From: Fistulifera solaris
Taxonomy: Eukaryota
Direction: 5' to 3'
Length of the DNA stretch: 64,000 nt
NCBI GenBank assembly: GCA_030295235.1
Contig: AP026164.1
Span: forward strand, 682,001-746,000
The notes beneath the pieces are model-generated. The model was not told the DNA's origin. It ran no database searches and saw only the letters and a list, made by a program, of their open reading frames with translations. The position numbers and the translations under genes are program-made. Positions 48,459-58,542 of the stretch are shown here, in pieces (within the stretch, counting starts at the first letter, position 1; each line of letters opens with the position of its first letter).

Positions 48459-51101
48459 ATGAAGTTCTCTGCTCTGTGCAAACTGGCAGTTCTGTCGGCG
48501 TCCTTTTCGATTGGTCATGCCGCGAAGACAGCTGAGTACCTATCAGGCAAAACCAACAGTTTGGCAGAGGAAGACGGTATGTTTTGGGGACGCTTTCTTC
48601 AATCCGAAGGAAGTATGAGCGTTCCCCGAGATGAGGCCTGTGATATTGAGCTTGAACAGACTTGCGTCTTGCAAGGGACGGACCAGCCTTGTGTTGACAT
48701 TCAAGGAGAGGAACGACTTCAATGCAGCTGCGATGATTGCGCACGAGAGCTCCGTTTTCGCTACACAGCTACTCCATGCAACGGATCTCCTGCTTGCATT
48801 GATTTCGGCGCGCTTCCGCCATCTTCTGCGCGCATTAGTGTCACGGCAGGGGGGACAACGTATTTCAATGCGGACGTCAGCGCAAACACAGACTTTGTCA
48901 TCACCAACGCAAATAGCTGCTTGCCCGACACATTGGCAGTTTTCGTGACTGATCCTAGTACCAACACAGCGAGTCAAGCGGTTACAATCACAACAAATTG
49001 CAACGCCAATGGTATCACGTTGCTTGAGGCATTCGGAGCTGTGGTATTCTCAGGTTACTCATGCTCCCCCAGCGACGTTCATAACTGTTTCGTGAACGGA
49101 GAATGGGACTTCTGTGCTAACAATATAGGAACAATCGATCTAACTATGACAAAGCTGGAAGTCAACGTCAATGGGGCTGTCATCGATCTCATTAGCGGCG
49201 TTGGAGAGGAAGACCTTGAGCTCCAGCCTGGCGAGGAATACTGCGCTGATACGACGACTGAATTTTTGCTTTGCGTAAGCGGTGTGTACGAGGTTTCGGC
49301 AGTTGTGGAAGCTGACGATACCTCTGGCATTGGATGCGAGAGCGAGCTCAATGTTTCTCTCCCTATTTTAGTCGGACCTCCTGTCCCAGTGCCTGTGCCC
49401 GTCCCGGTACCTGTCCCTCTCCCCGCCCCAGTTCCCGTCCCACAGCCTACACCTATACCTGACAGAACACCTGCACCTACCACGGAGTGCAATCTTTTCG
49501 TTGCGGCAGAATGCACCATTCAGTCTGGTCAGTTCGAAGGTTTCTTGTGCGAGTCTCCGGGTATCGGAATCGAGCCGTGCCTCCAACGTCCTACTGGTGC
49601 CACCATGCTCTACAACGGTGGAGACTGCAGTCAGAGTGATAACCGCCAGTTCCTCAAGTTCACTTGTGAGGACTTCGGCGACGGTCCTCCTACGGAAATC
49701 GGAACAGAGTCTTGGATCGTCGTCACTGATTTGACAGGCCAGATCGTGTACCACGAAGATTTCGTCGCTGTCGGAGATAACTACTTCCTCCGCACCCCTC
49801 CAGACCAAGAGCGCTTTGTGCCTGATCAGATCATCAACATCTACAGCTCGTCGGATGCCACCGAAGCTACCTTGCTTCAAACCATGCAGTACCACAGTTC
49901 CTGTTCCAGTAATCTCGAGTTGAAGAACCGCTTCGGAGCCAGTCAACTCGTGGAATTCGTCAATGACCTCCAAGGTAACGTGACGTGCTTTAACGATGCC
50001 AACTTTGGGTTTGACATCGTTGTTCCAGTTGGAATTGAAGGCGATGCTGCTGAAATTATTGCACTCACCGCCAATACCAACTTTGCTGGTTTCCTTGATT
50101 TGAGTGACCAAGTTGCTGGCCAGATCGTCGAACCGGGTGGCTCTATTTCTGCTAACATCGTGACCACCTTCGACTTGACGACTCGTCAAAGATACACCTT
50201 GTTGATTCAAGTAGTTGCGTCTGCCATTCCCTCTGGTACTGTTTGCACAGGTACCAACTTTACCGAGTTCTTGGCCGGCAACCCACCTCCCATCGATAGC
50301 ACAACGACAGCACCTACTCGTGGTCCGACTGTATCTCCTGCACCGACCCCAGACCCACAAACTACAGCATGCAGTGTGGAAGGAGAGTTGGTTTGCCAGA
50401 CCCTTGATGAAACCGACCGCGTTTTCAGCTTTTGCGATGACATTGGCAATCCTGTCGACAGTGTCTGTGGCGAAGATCTTGAGGCAACTGCCCTTGGATT
50501 CCGCTATAACGGAGGAGCTACTTACCCCGAGTCTGCTTGGATCACTCTTGCTGGTGGTCGTACTGGAACAATCATTAGTCAGCGAATCAACGTTGGTGAC
50601 CGGATTTATGCAGAGGGTGACTTCCGAGGCGAAGCCTTCGTTATTGTGAGCGCATTGAACGCTGGAGGTACTGGCCCCGGAGATCGAATCGAGCAGTTTG
50701 AGTTTGACACTAATTGTAGGGTGGGCGAAGAGGTTCTACGTTTGACGGACATCTACGGATCTCTTGAGCTCACCGACTACCGCAATGCCCTTGGTCGAAG
50801 ATCCAGCGTCAGCAACGTTAGAATGCAGTACTTCGTCCGAAACTTGGAGGGCTTCCCAATGATCGCCGAAGATGCCTTTGTTGACAGCGATTTCCAGATT
50901 CTTGTTTCCGACTACATCCCGGACCCGACCGAGATCGAAATTGGCCCAAGACAGCGTGTTATCGTGCACGAGGAGACTCGGGAAATTGACTTCGGTGCTA
51001 AGTTTGCCAACAATGCCAATTTGAGTTTCGCTATGAATGTGACGGGACGCGGCGAGCTCAGCTCGATACCTTGTTTTGACGAGTCCGATTACACCTTTTA
51101 A
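48459..51101 (+). CDS. Secreted Cys-rich modular protein with PV linker (copy 2, paralog of 28572-30748)
   Basis: Signal peptide MKFSALCK..GHA, EEDGMFWGRFLQ propeptide, three related modules ((F/L)(R/-)Y....C ... C...L...(F/Y)G(A/S)). Confidence 0.88.
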   Translation: MKFSALCKLAVLSASFSIGHAAKTAEYLSGKTNSLAEEDGMFWGRFLQSEGSMSVPRDEACDIELEQTCVLQGTDQPCVDIQGEERLQCSCDDCARELRFRYTATPCNGSPACIDFGALPPSSARISVTAGGTTYFNADVSANTDFVITNANSCLPDTLAVFVTDPSTNTASQAVTITTNCNANGITLLEAFGAVVFSGYSCSPSDVHNCFVNGEWDFCANNIGTIDLTMTKLEVNVNGAVIDLISGVGEEDLELQPGEEYCADTTTEFLLCVSGVYEVSAVVEADDTSGIGCESELNVSLPILVGPPVPVPVPVPVPVPLPAPVPVPQPTPIPDRTPAPTTECNLFVAAECTIQSGQFEGFLCESPGIGIEPCLQRPTGATMLYNGGDCSQSDNRQFLKFTCEDFGDGPPTEIGTESWIVVTDLTGQIVYHEDFVAVGDNYFLRTPPDQERFVPDQIINIYSSSDATEATLLQTMQYHSSCSSNLELKNRFGASQLVEFVNDLQGNVTCFNDANFGFDIVVPVGIEGDAAEIIALTANTNFAGFLDLSDQVAGQIVEPGGSISANIVTTFDLTTRQRYTLLIQVVASAIPSGTVCTGTNFTEFLAGNPPPIDSTTTAPTRGPTVSPAPTPDPQTTACSVEGELVCQTLDETDRVFSFCDDIGNPVDSVCGEDLEATALGFRYNGGATYPESAWITLAGGRTGTIISQRINVGDRIYAEGDFRGEAFVIVSALNAGGTGPGDRIEQFEFDTNCRVGEEVLRLTDIYGSLELTDYRNALGRRSSVSNVRMQYFVRNLEGFPMIAEDAFVDSDFQILVSDYIPDPTEIEIGPRQRVIVHEETREIDFGAKFANNANLSFAMNVTGRGELSSIPCFDESDYTF

Positions 51102-51351
51102 CTGTTATGATTTCCAAGGGGGAGAAAAAGTCGGCATGCGACCATCTTTCAGGCGCGGCTGGGTTACAATTCTCCCATAAAGTAAATTGTCTAAAAAACA
51201 CTTTTTTTGGAATTTTTCCGTCTCTAGTAGACTTTGCAGTAAAAGAAGGACGCCCTTTGCTCGTGCGTTAGATTCAGCTTTCGCTTGGAAAATGTTCCTT
51301 TGATTATTTTCATTGTATCTTTAACACTCATCTACTTCAACGCCGGACTAT

Positions 51352-52866
51352 TTATAGTTCATCTTTGAAGTACATGTCATTGATTTGGTCTTCTTCAGGA
51401 TCATCGTCGACATCACCATCGTCTTCATCATCTCCAAACACAGGCTTGACAGTATCGCTTTCAGCGCCGTTGACAGGCTCCACGTCGTCCATTATTTCCG
51501 AAAGAGGAATGTCTTCGTATGTTTCTGAGGGTGCATCCTTCCCATCCCACGGTTCAGTATCCATTACTGGAAACATGTAGGGTAAGACTTGATTGGATGT
51601 GGCTCCGCTTGCAACGGAGTGCAGATAAGTAGAAATCCCTTTATCACTAAATGAACCCTTAAACACCGAAAAAGCGGTACGATCCAGCGTAAAGGTAACG
51701 AGAGCAGGAAATCCAAAGTCGAGTTTCATGGCATCTTCCATATTTGGCTGAGCACCCGCTTCAACCCATAAAAAGGAGTACGTACTCCCCCGAAAAATGG
51801 TTTGCATCCTTGTTAGGAGCTCGATGTACTTGAGCCTACCGTGTGCACCGCTATCTGAAATGTGTGGTACAACACCGATGACGCAAACGTGATTGTAACC
51901 TCGACAATTCCTTTCGAGCGACTGCATTCCAAGGACTTGTTCCACCTGTTTCTTTTTCCCTGTCTTATTGATCTCTTTCAAAACGACAGCGGCTATTTCA
52001 TTACCCACACGGTCTCCGGTATACTTATAAGCATTTTCGTGTGACTTTTCACCGCCTGGGAAAATCATGATAGTTGGAGTACTCTGAATGTTGTAGGTTG
52101 TGACCAGATCGGGCGCTAGCTCCAGATTGACCCAGACGGCTTTTGCGGACTCGCCTACTAAACGAGATCCTGTTTCCTCAAATTGTCTCTTTAGCTTTCG
52201 ACTGAATTTGCAGTTGGGTCGGACGAACGCCACGACGACGACATCCTCGCTCTTCATTACGATATCGTCGTAGTTTGAAGCATCGGCTTCAATGTTCGTG
52301 CTACTGAATTTGGGTTTCGTATTGGATTCGTAAAGTTTCTTGCGTCCTTTCCGAGAGAAACTGTCGTGTATTTTTCGCTCGTCTCCCGTCCCCAACACAT
52401 TTTCGGAGCGACGGGTGATGGTCGTACTAGCTGCGAGCAGCATTTCTTCTAGAATCTTTTCCGGATCTCGTGCGTAGGGCTTGTCTTTGTCGTCTGCCAG
52501 AATAATATAGGACGGAAGGGTATCGAGGCCATAAGTAGCAGCAAACTGATTCCCTTGCGGCGTGGTGGCTTCCATGACCGCGATTTTGAAGATTCCTTTG
52601 ACAACTCGAGCGAGATCTTTCCACGTTGGCGCGAGCATGTCACAGGCACGACAGTCTTTTTCTCGGTACAATTGAATCGCCCATATTTCATCTCCTCCTA
52701 AAACTTGTTTCTTAAAGTCGTCGTACGAATCAAATTTTACGACATCTGTATCATTTTTGTAGGACGTCAAAGCATCTGTCGTTCGAAGGCTGAGAAAGAT
52801 CGTCAGAAGGGATAAAACCAACTTGACACCAAGAAAAGTATTTCGTCCAGTGTCGTCGATTGCCAT
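51352..52866 (-). CDS. Protein disulfide isomerase PDIA6/P5-like, ER-retained
   Basis: Signal peptide, two thioredoxin domains (CRAC, CKFS), P5-like LPHI/GFPAL region and EPWDGKD, C-terminal KDEL. Confidence 0.85.
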   Translation of the reverse strand: MAIDDTGRNTFLGVKLVLSLLTIFLSLRTTDALTSYKNDTDVVKFDSYDDFKKQVLGGDEIWAIQLYREKDCRACDMLAPTWKDLARVVKGIFKIAVMEATTPQGNQFAATYGLDTLPSYIILADDKDKPYARDPEKILEEMLLAASTTITRRSENVLGTGDERKIHDSFSRKGRKKLYESNTKPKFSSTNIEADASNYDDIVMKSEDVVVVAFVRPNCKFSRKLKRQFEETGSRLVGESAKAVWVNLELAPDLVTTYNIQSTPTIMIFPGGEKSHENAYKYTGDRVGNEIAAVVLKEINKTGKKKQVEQVLGMQSLERNCRGYNHVCVIGVVPHISDSGAHGRLKYIELLTRMQTIFRGSTYSFLWVEAGAQPNMEDAMKLDFGFPALVTFTLDRTAFSVFKGSFSDKGISTYLHSVASGATSNQVLPYMFPVMDTEPWDGKDAPSETYEDIPLSEIMDDVEPVNGAESDTVKPVFGDDEDDGDVDDDPEEDQINDMYFKDEL

Positions 52867-53448
52867 GCTGTGATCGGATCAAAGTTTTTCTACCTATTAC
52901 AACGAGAAGCTGGTGATCTTTAACTATCAAATGCGAAAGATACGAACAAGGGAGAGTGATACCGTACTTGTACCTGAACGTTCCGGGCTCCACGCGGTCA
53001 TCGGAAAAGGAAAAGTTCAATGGCAAAGAAAGGAAACTGGCATGGATCCAGGATATCGTGACGCATGACTGTTGACTGCACTGACCCCGAAGGAGTGCCA
53101 AAAAAATAATGGTGAGGCGGTACTTGGTGCCAGTACTTTACCGGTCAACGTTAAGTTTGCTAAATTTTCCTTATGTACGATACAAGGCATAAGCTAAGCG
53201 TGGCTCAGTTGGACAATAATTCTTAATGTACTGTCTAATGGACAAGATATCCGTTGCTAATTCAACGGTACTCAAATCGTATTGTTGAAACTTGTATTTT
53301 TGGCATTTAGAGAGTATTGCACATGCAAAATCCGAATACGGCGAAGCTTCGGCTTTTTTTGAGAATGACGAATGACGACCAATGGAATGAATACACGATT
53401 GATCTATTTCATTTTGGTTTATTTATTTGATAAAAGCCATCGAGAACC

Positions 53449-55164
53449 ATGGTGTTCCGACAAGGTACTTTGCTGGGGCTAGTCCAGTTGGTCCTCTTCG
53501 CAGCCGCCGATACGTCGGCGTTCTTTGGAGGAGCCGATCATCAGGACTATCTGGATTGGGTGAATGAAGTTGGTTCGTCCAAGTACACTGGGTCATCCTT
53601 TTACCCATGGACACAGATAACACGCAAGGTCTCGCGGTGCATTGGAGTCTCGAGGAAGAATACATTCATTTGGCAATCGCCGTTCGGGCTACGGGATGGG
53701 TAGGCTTTGGTCTTTCCGAGAATGGTGGGATGGAAGGTGCGGATATGATGATCTTCGAGACGGCCAATCCAGACAAACTCATGGATGCTCACGTCAAAGA
53801 CGAGCGCGTTCCCGTACCCGACAAATGTCACAACTGGCATTTGGAGGAAGCGCATTTTGCGGAGGATTCTGGATTTATCATTGTGGAATTTCATCGTCTG
53901 TTGGATACGGGGGATACACAAGATCACCGTATTGTTAATGATGGACTCTTGGAACTCCCTGCTTCGCTCATTGTGGCAGCCTGGGGTGATTCCCCAACAC
54001 ATGCTTATCACGGGGAACAAAGGGCACGAGGAACGATTCGATTTTACAACAATGAGATTGATGGAGAAGAAGCCTTCGCCAACATCATGAAGCAGGAATC
54101 CATCGGCTTTTTTTGAAATGAAAGGCGAGAATCATCCCATTCCGAATGTTGATACTGAATATTTTGATTATTGCTACTCGTGGGAGGATCTCTTGGCTCA
54201 GGGTGTTCCCGCCGAAAAGTTTTCTGTCGTCGGCTTTGAACCAATTCTCGATGCCATTGAACATCTTCACCATTTCACTCTCTTCGGCTCCTACGAGCCC
54301 ATGAATGGAGAGCCATGTTCAGCTTTTGCCGATCACTTGGACCTTATATACGGATGGGCCAAAGGAGAAGATCCGGCCGCTCTTCCACTCGATGTAGGAC
54401 TTTACATTGGACCTGGTACCTATCAAAGTTTCCGTTTGGAAATTCACTACGACAATCCTCAGCTGAAAGAGGGTGTCTTGGATAGCAGCGGTGTCAGATT
54501 TTATTACAGCGAAAAAATGCGCCCGGTCGAACTTGGATTGCTTCGTCTCGGTGATCCGATCATTTCCTTGGAAGGCCAGCCCGTCGGCGACGGCTTGACC
54601 CAGCACATTTTCGACTGCCCTTCAACTTGTACCGAGACCATGCTAAAACAAGAAGTCACGGTTCTTCGTGAATATTTGCACATGCACTATGCAGGAGCTA
54701 CGATGCAGAATGAACTCATACGTGACGGTGAAGTCATTCACACGGGCACCGTTGACTACTTCCGGTTCGACCAGCAGGGTAACCAACTTGTGAAGCAAAT
54801 GCCGTACACCGTCCAAAAGGGAGACTCGTACAGAACCATTTGCAACTACGACGACAAAGGACGAAACGCTACGTTTGGATTTTCGTCTCAAGAGGAGATG
54901 TGCATCGTGTTTATCATGTATTATCCTAAGCAAATCCTCTTCGACTTCCTCCCCTGGGTATGCGCTGTGGACGTCGGCTTTGCCTCCTGTGAGACAACCC
55001 ATGAAAGCAAGCAGATCGAGGCTCTACCACGTCGCTTCGGAAGAGAGCTGGAAGAGTGCCCCGAAGACAAACCGTTAACGGTGACCACCTCGGGATCTCC
55101 TTCCTTGGCTGGTTTGACAACCGTCGTGGCAAGCGTTGCCGTGGTCGTAACCCTTCTCCTGTAA
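53449..55164 (+). CDS. DOMON plus copper type II ascorbate-dependent monooxygenase (DBH/MOXD1-like)
   Basis: GWVGFGLSENGGMEGAD (DOMON), HH, EIHY, DSSGVR, HMH, EEMC; hydrophobic C-terminus. Frameshifts near 53600 and 54115. Confidence 0.9.
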
Positions 55165-55508
55165 AAAATGAAACAACGTAAAATAAGTAGCACAAGTTAA
55201 TATAAACAAACGTATTGTCGGTAGGTATTTGTCTGTATGTCGAAATCGTCTATAAGGTTCGAGAAGTAATTTTGATTTCTTGTAGTAAGATGAGAAAGAA
55301 GAGGCCCGCGTGTTGCTAGGTGCGGGTCGGCGGATTGTTACAAATTGTTGTGTTTGACGAGATTATCGGGTTATCAGTTTCAGTGATAAAATGCAACGAC
55401 GCATAGCACACCAAACTAAGCCATTTGTACAACTTTAGAATCGAACATGACAATTGACGCTATTTAGTTATGAACTTGGAGTGAAAGAACAAAACGGAAA
55501 ACGAAGAA

Positions 55509-55562
55509 ATGTTGTCGGCCAAATCGTCCCTTTGCAGGTCCGACTTGACGTCATTACAACCA
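55509..55562 (-). promoter_or_regulatory. Candidate SECIS element in 3'UTR
   Basis: AUGAC-gucaagucg-ga-ccu(gcaa)agg-ga-cgauuuggc-CGAC: UGAN/NGAN core, 9 bp helix, apical minihelix. Confidence 0.7.
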
Positions 55563-55612
55563 GTCGACTCCGTTGCGAGGCAGTTTCACTCAATGAAAAT
55601 TGCGCCATCATC

Positions 55613-56551
55613 TTATTGTAGACTCGCAGTAGAGCCATTCATGGCCTTGACTGCTGTATCGATAACTTCGATCATGTTTGCGTGTGACGCAGTTGAAGGG
55701 TCGTAATGCGCAAACAGAGTTTTGGGTCCCTTGAAAACGAATGTTCCTCCTTGTATGAAAGCTTGATCTTGCTTCGGAGGTATGAAAAACGCTGCGAAAT
55801 ATCACAAATAAAACGGAGTTTGCCCGTTGATTATTATTTTGCAGCAAGAAGCCAATCCAAAAAACGCAACGGACTTACCTTTATTCCATTTCGATAAAAC
55901 TTGGCCAAGTTCTTTCATGCCGCTTGGTTTGGTAAACCTGTCGACGAAAGCAAAAGGTGTTTCGATGTTGAAGAACGTTCGATCGACACCACGACGAAGG
56001 CGAATAGCATCATAGAGAACATTTTCTGGATCAACAAACAGCAGATTTTCTGCGTCTGGAATCTCCAAGTGCTCCGCAAGAATCTTGCCTTTTTCTGGCG
56101 TGCCGATCGAGACGAATACCAAGCCGACACCTTTCTGGTCGAGTTCATGCTTCCTCTTACTCCATTGCAGCATGGACTCTTGACACAAGGGTCACCCCAG
56201 CGAACGAAAAAATACCACAATCGAAGTTTCTTTCCGTGGACGATCCGGTTCTCCTAGAATGTCATCAATCGTCACGCTCTGTCCTTGAATGTTGTATATG
56301 TTCTCGTTACGAAGAGACTGCCTAATGTCGAAATCAAGCTTCATTTCTTCCGGAGGATCCCCTGAATATCGTACGGAGTCGCCACAGCCACAATCCTCTT
56401 TTGCCAAAGCCATCGACACAAGCTGATGTTTCGGTGGTGTGCAGGATGTACTTTTCGGGGCGTAGGAAATCACTGAGAAAGAGTCCACGAGTTTGAGGCT
56501 CGCAAGCGCACAAAGCAGCGGCGCCAGTACGCGAAGTCTTGGCAGTCTCAT
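55613..56551 (-). CDS. AhpC/TSA (peroxiredoxin-like 2, SelU-like) selenoprotein with in-frame UGA; plastid-type presequence
   Basis: VVFFRSLG-UGA(56192-56194)-PLCQE, then VSIGT, LFVDP...YDA, QGGTFVF..AHYD. Intron 55792-55878; signal VDS-FSV. Confidence 0.85.
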
Positions 56552-57437
56552 TTGACGCATACGCTAAGCAGATTGTTTTGTCTATTGATTTGTAATAATA
56601 TGAATGATCTCTCCGTCGCAGCATACCTTTTTGACAGAGTGGGCGCAACGAAAGAAAAGCTTTCCGAAGTCGTTTGTGACGATGACGTAGCGACGCGGAA
56701 TGTTGCGACATCGAAGCGTTACTCGCCGACGCTCGAAGACGCAGACTGCGCTAACGTTACGTTACGTTACGTAATATTCCTACAAATTAACCTCCATTCC
56801 TTCTGCAAATTTCGTTATAATCTCTTGTTATCACAATGAAAATTAGACTACATCATTTGACAAGAACAAATAGTTTGATTCATGACGTTGAAATTCTTTG
56901 CTGATTGTTGACTTCTACCTGACTATGGACGAAAGTGTAAGCGTCATCCTACCACGACTGCATTCAGTCATGAAACACTTCATTTTCTTGCGTACGACGT
57001 ACGACACACAAAATTATGTTTTGTACGTAAAAAGCACGTAAAACATGATTCTTCCCCATCAACAACACGACACATCCGAAGCGGCCTAATAGTCTCTTAA
57101 CATGTACTATTGGGGTATACGGCATGTCCGACGAATGAGTTCGAATCATTTTAAATCCATAGGAGTGAGTGGAGCTCGGGTTTGAAATACATACAACCTG
57201 GATCACGACGTTTACAAAATGGGTTACTTGAGTTGCTATTTGCCATATAGTAAAAGCCGCGTAAAATTGCACCCTATTCTGACCAACATCGACTAGTCCA
57301 CTTACAAGGGAATGAAATGAGTTACCGACTAACACCAGCATCCCTAATTTGAAAGTGCACTTCTCCGCTTACTCTGGCATCCACCTTAATCAAGCCAAAA
57401 AACCATGAAGCTGTGCAACTATTCATATCCTGTTCCA

Positions 57438-58070
57438 CTACTCATGTATGGATTCCCACTTTCCATCCAGACACGCAAAGTCCGGGTCACGCTTCTCCTC
57501 CGAATATCGAGTCGGCCAATGTCCGCAAAAAGCGACGCATTCTAGTGGAGCCCACCAATTTCCGTTTCCTCCTTCGGAAGGGGACGTCGACGACGTCCAT
57601 TGTGAGAATGGTACTTGACACGGCTCACACTCTTTCCACCATTCCCTAGTGACGGGATCGTCCGAAATTGCTTTCATATCCGAGGCAAACAACTCTTGTT
57701 CTTCTTTGGGTGTTGGAAATCTTAGATAGCGTTCGTAAAAGGTCCAGTGTCCGATCCACTCAAAGGACTGGTACAAGGTTGAGTATTCTTCGTGATAGTA
57801 AATGGAGAAGTTGCGGATGTTTGATTTGTACATTCGTTCCAACACCGCTTCCCATACATTATCGTGCAGCTCCCGGTACTGCTGATACTTTCCTATTCGT
57901 AATCGTATTACAGCCGCATGTCGACGAGGGGCGGGCAGTCTGCCTCCGCCACTTTTTCTCCCCGTGATTTTGTTTGCTTTTCGCGCTTCTTGCAGCGCAT
58001 AAACAGCGACTGCTGTCCCCAGCGCCGCTATCGTACAATAAGCGGAGAATCGATAAGACAATGACGGCAT
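57438..58070 (-). CDS. L-rhamnose mutarotase-like (RhaM/DUF718) protein with N-terminal anchor
   Basis: YRELHDNVWEAV, NIRNFSIY, DPVTREWW..CEPCQ motifs. Confidence 0.8.
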   Translation of the reverse strand: MPSLSYRFSAYCTIAALGTAVAVYALQEARKANKITGRKSGGGRLPAPRRHAAVIRLRIGKYQQYRELHDNVWEAVLERMYKSNIRNFSIYYHEEYSTLYQSFEWIGHWTFYERYLRFPTPKEEQELFASDMKAISDDPVTREWWKECEPCQVPFSQWTSSTSPSEGGNGNWWAPLECVAFCGHWPTRYSEEKRDPDFACLDGKWESIHE

Positions 58071-58542
58071 TGTGCACGAGACAGCAACTCAATATGGACA
58101 ACAAATGATTAACGTTTCGATTATGATGCGTTGTTGTTGATCGGAACACGGAAAATTCGTCGAAGAAGAGCGTCATTTGTCTGCTTTCAAATGTGTCGCA
58201 TGAACATTAGTATCCGGCACTGAATTTTTAGCATATTGAATACCGGACCGCATTGTGTTCCATAGAAATAAACAGACAAAGTTGAGACTGTCCCACTGAA
58301 TGTTCATGACATGGATGACACGAGAAGCTCGACCCTTGCCTTCAAAAGATCCGATCCATCCGAACGACATTATTATTTGCATTTGCAGCCGCACTGTCTT
58401 CATTCCACTTTATAGATCATCATCTTGGTTCTGTCGATCTGTTTAGACTTCTTATCTTGATAAATAAAAGGAAGCGTTCAGCACTTGGTCGATACATTAC
58501 GACTTGGAGGCAGTCAAAAACGTACTTGAATCACGAAACTCG

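Noticed and set aside
56964..57341. 125 aa ORF or decayed coding remnant
   Set aside because: No recognisable motif on either strand, so I cannot support a call.
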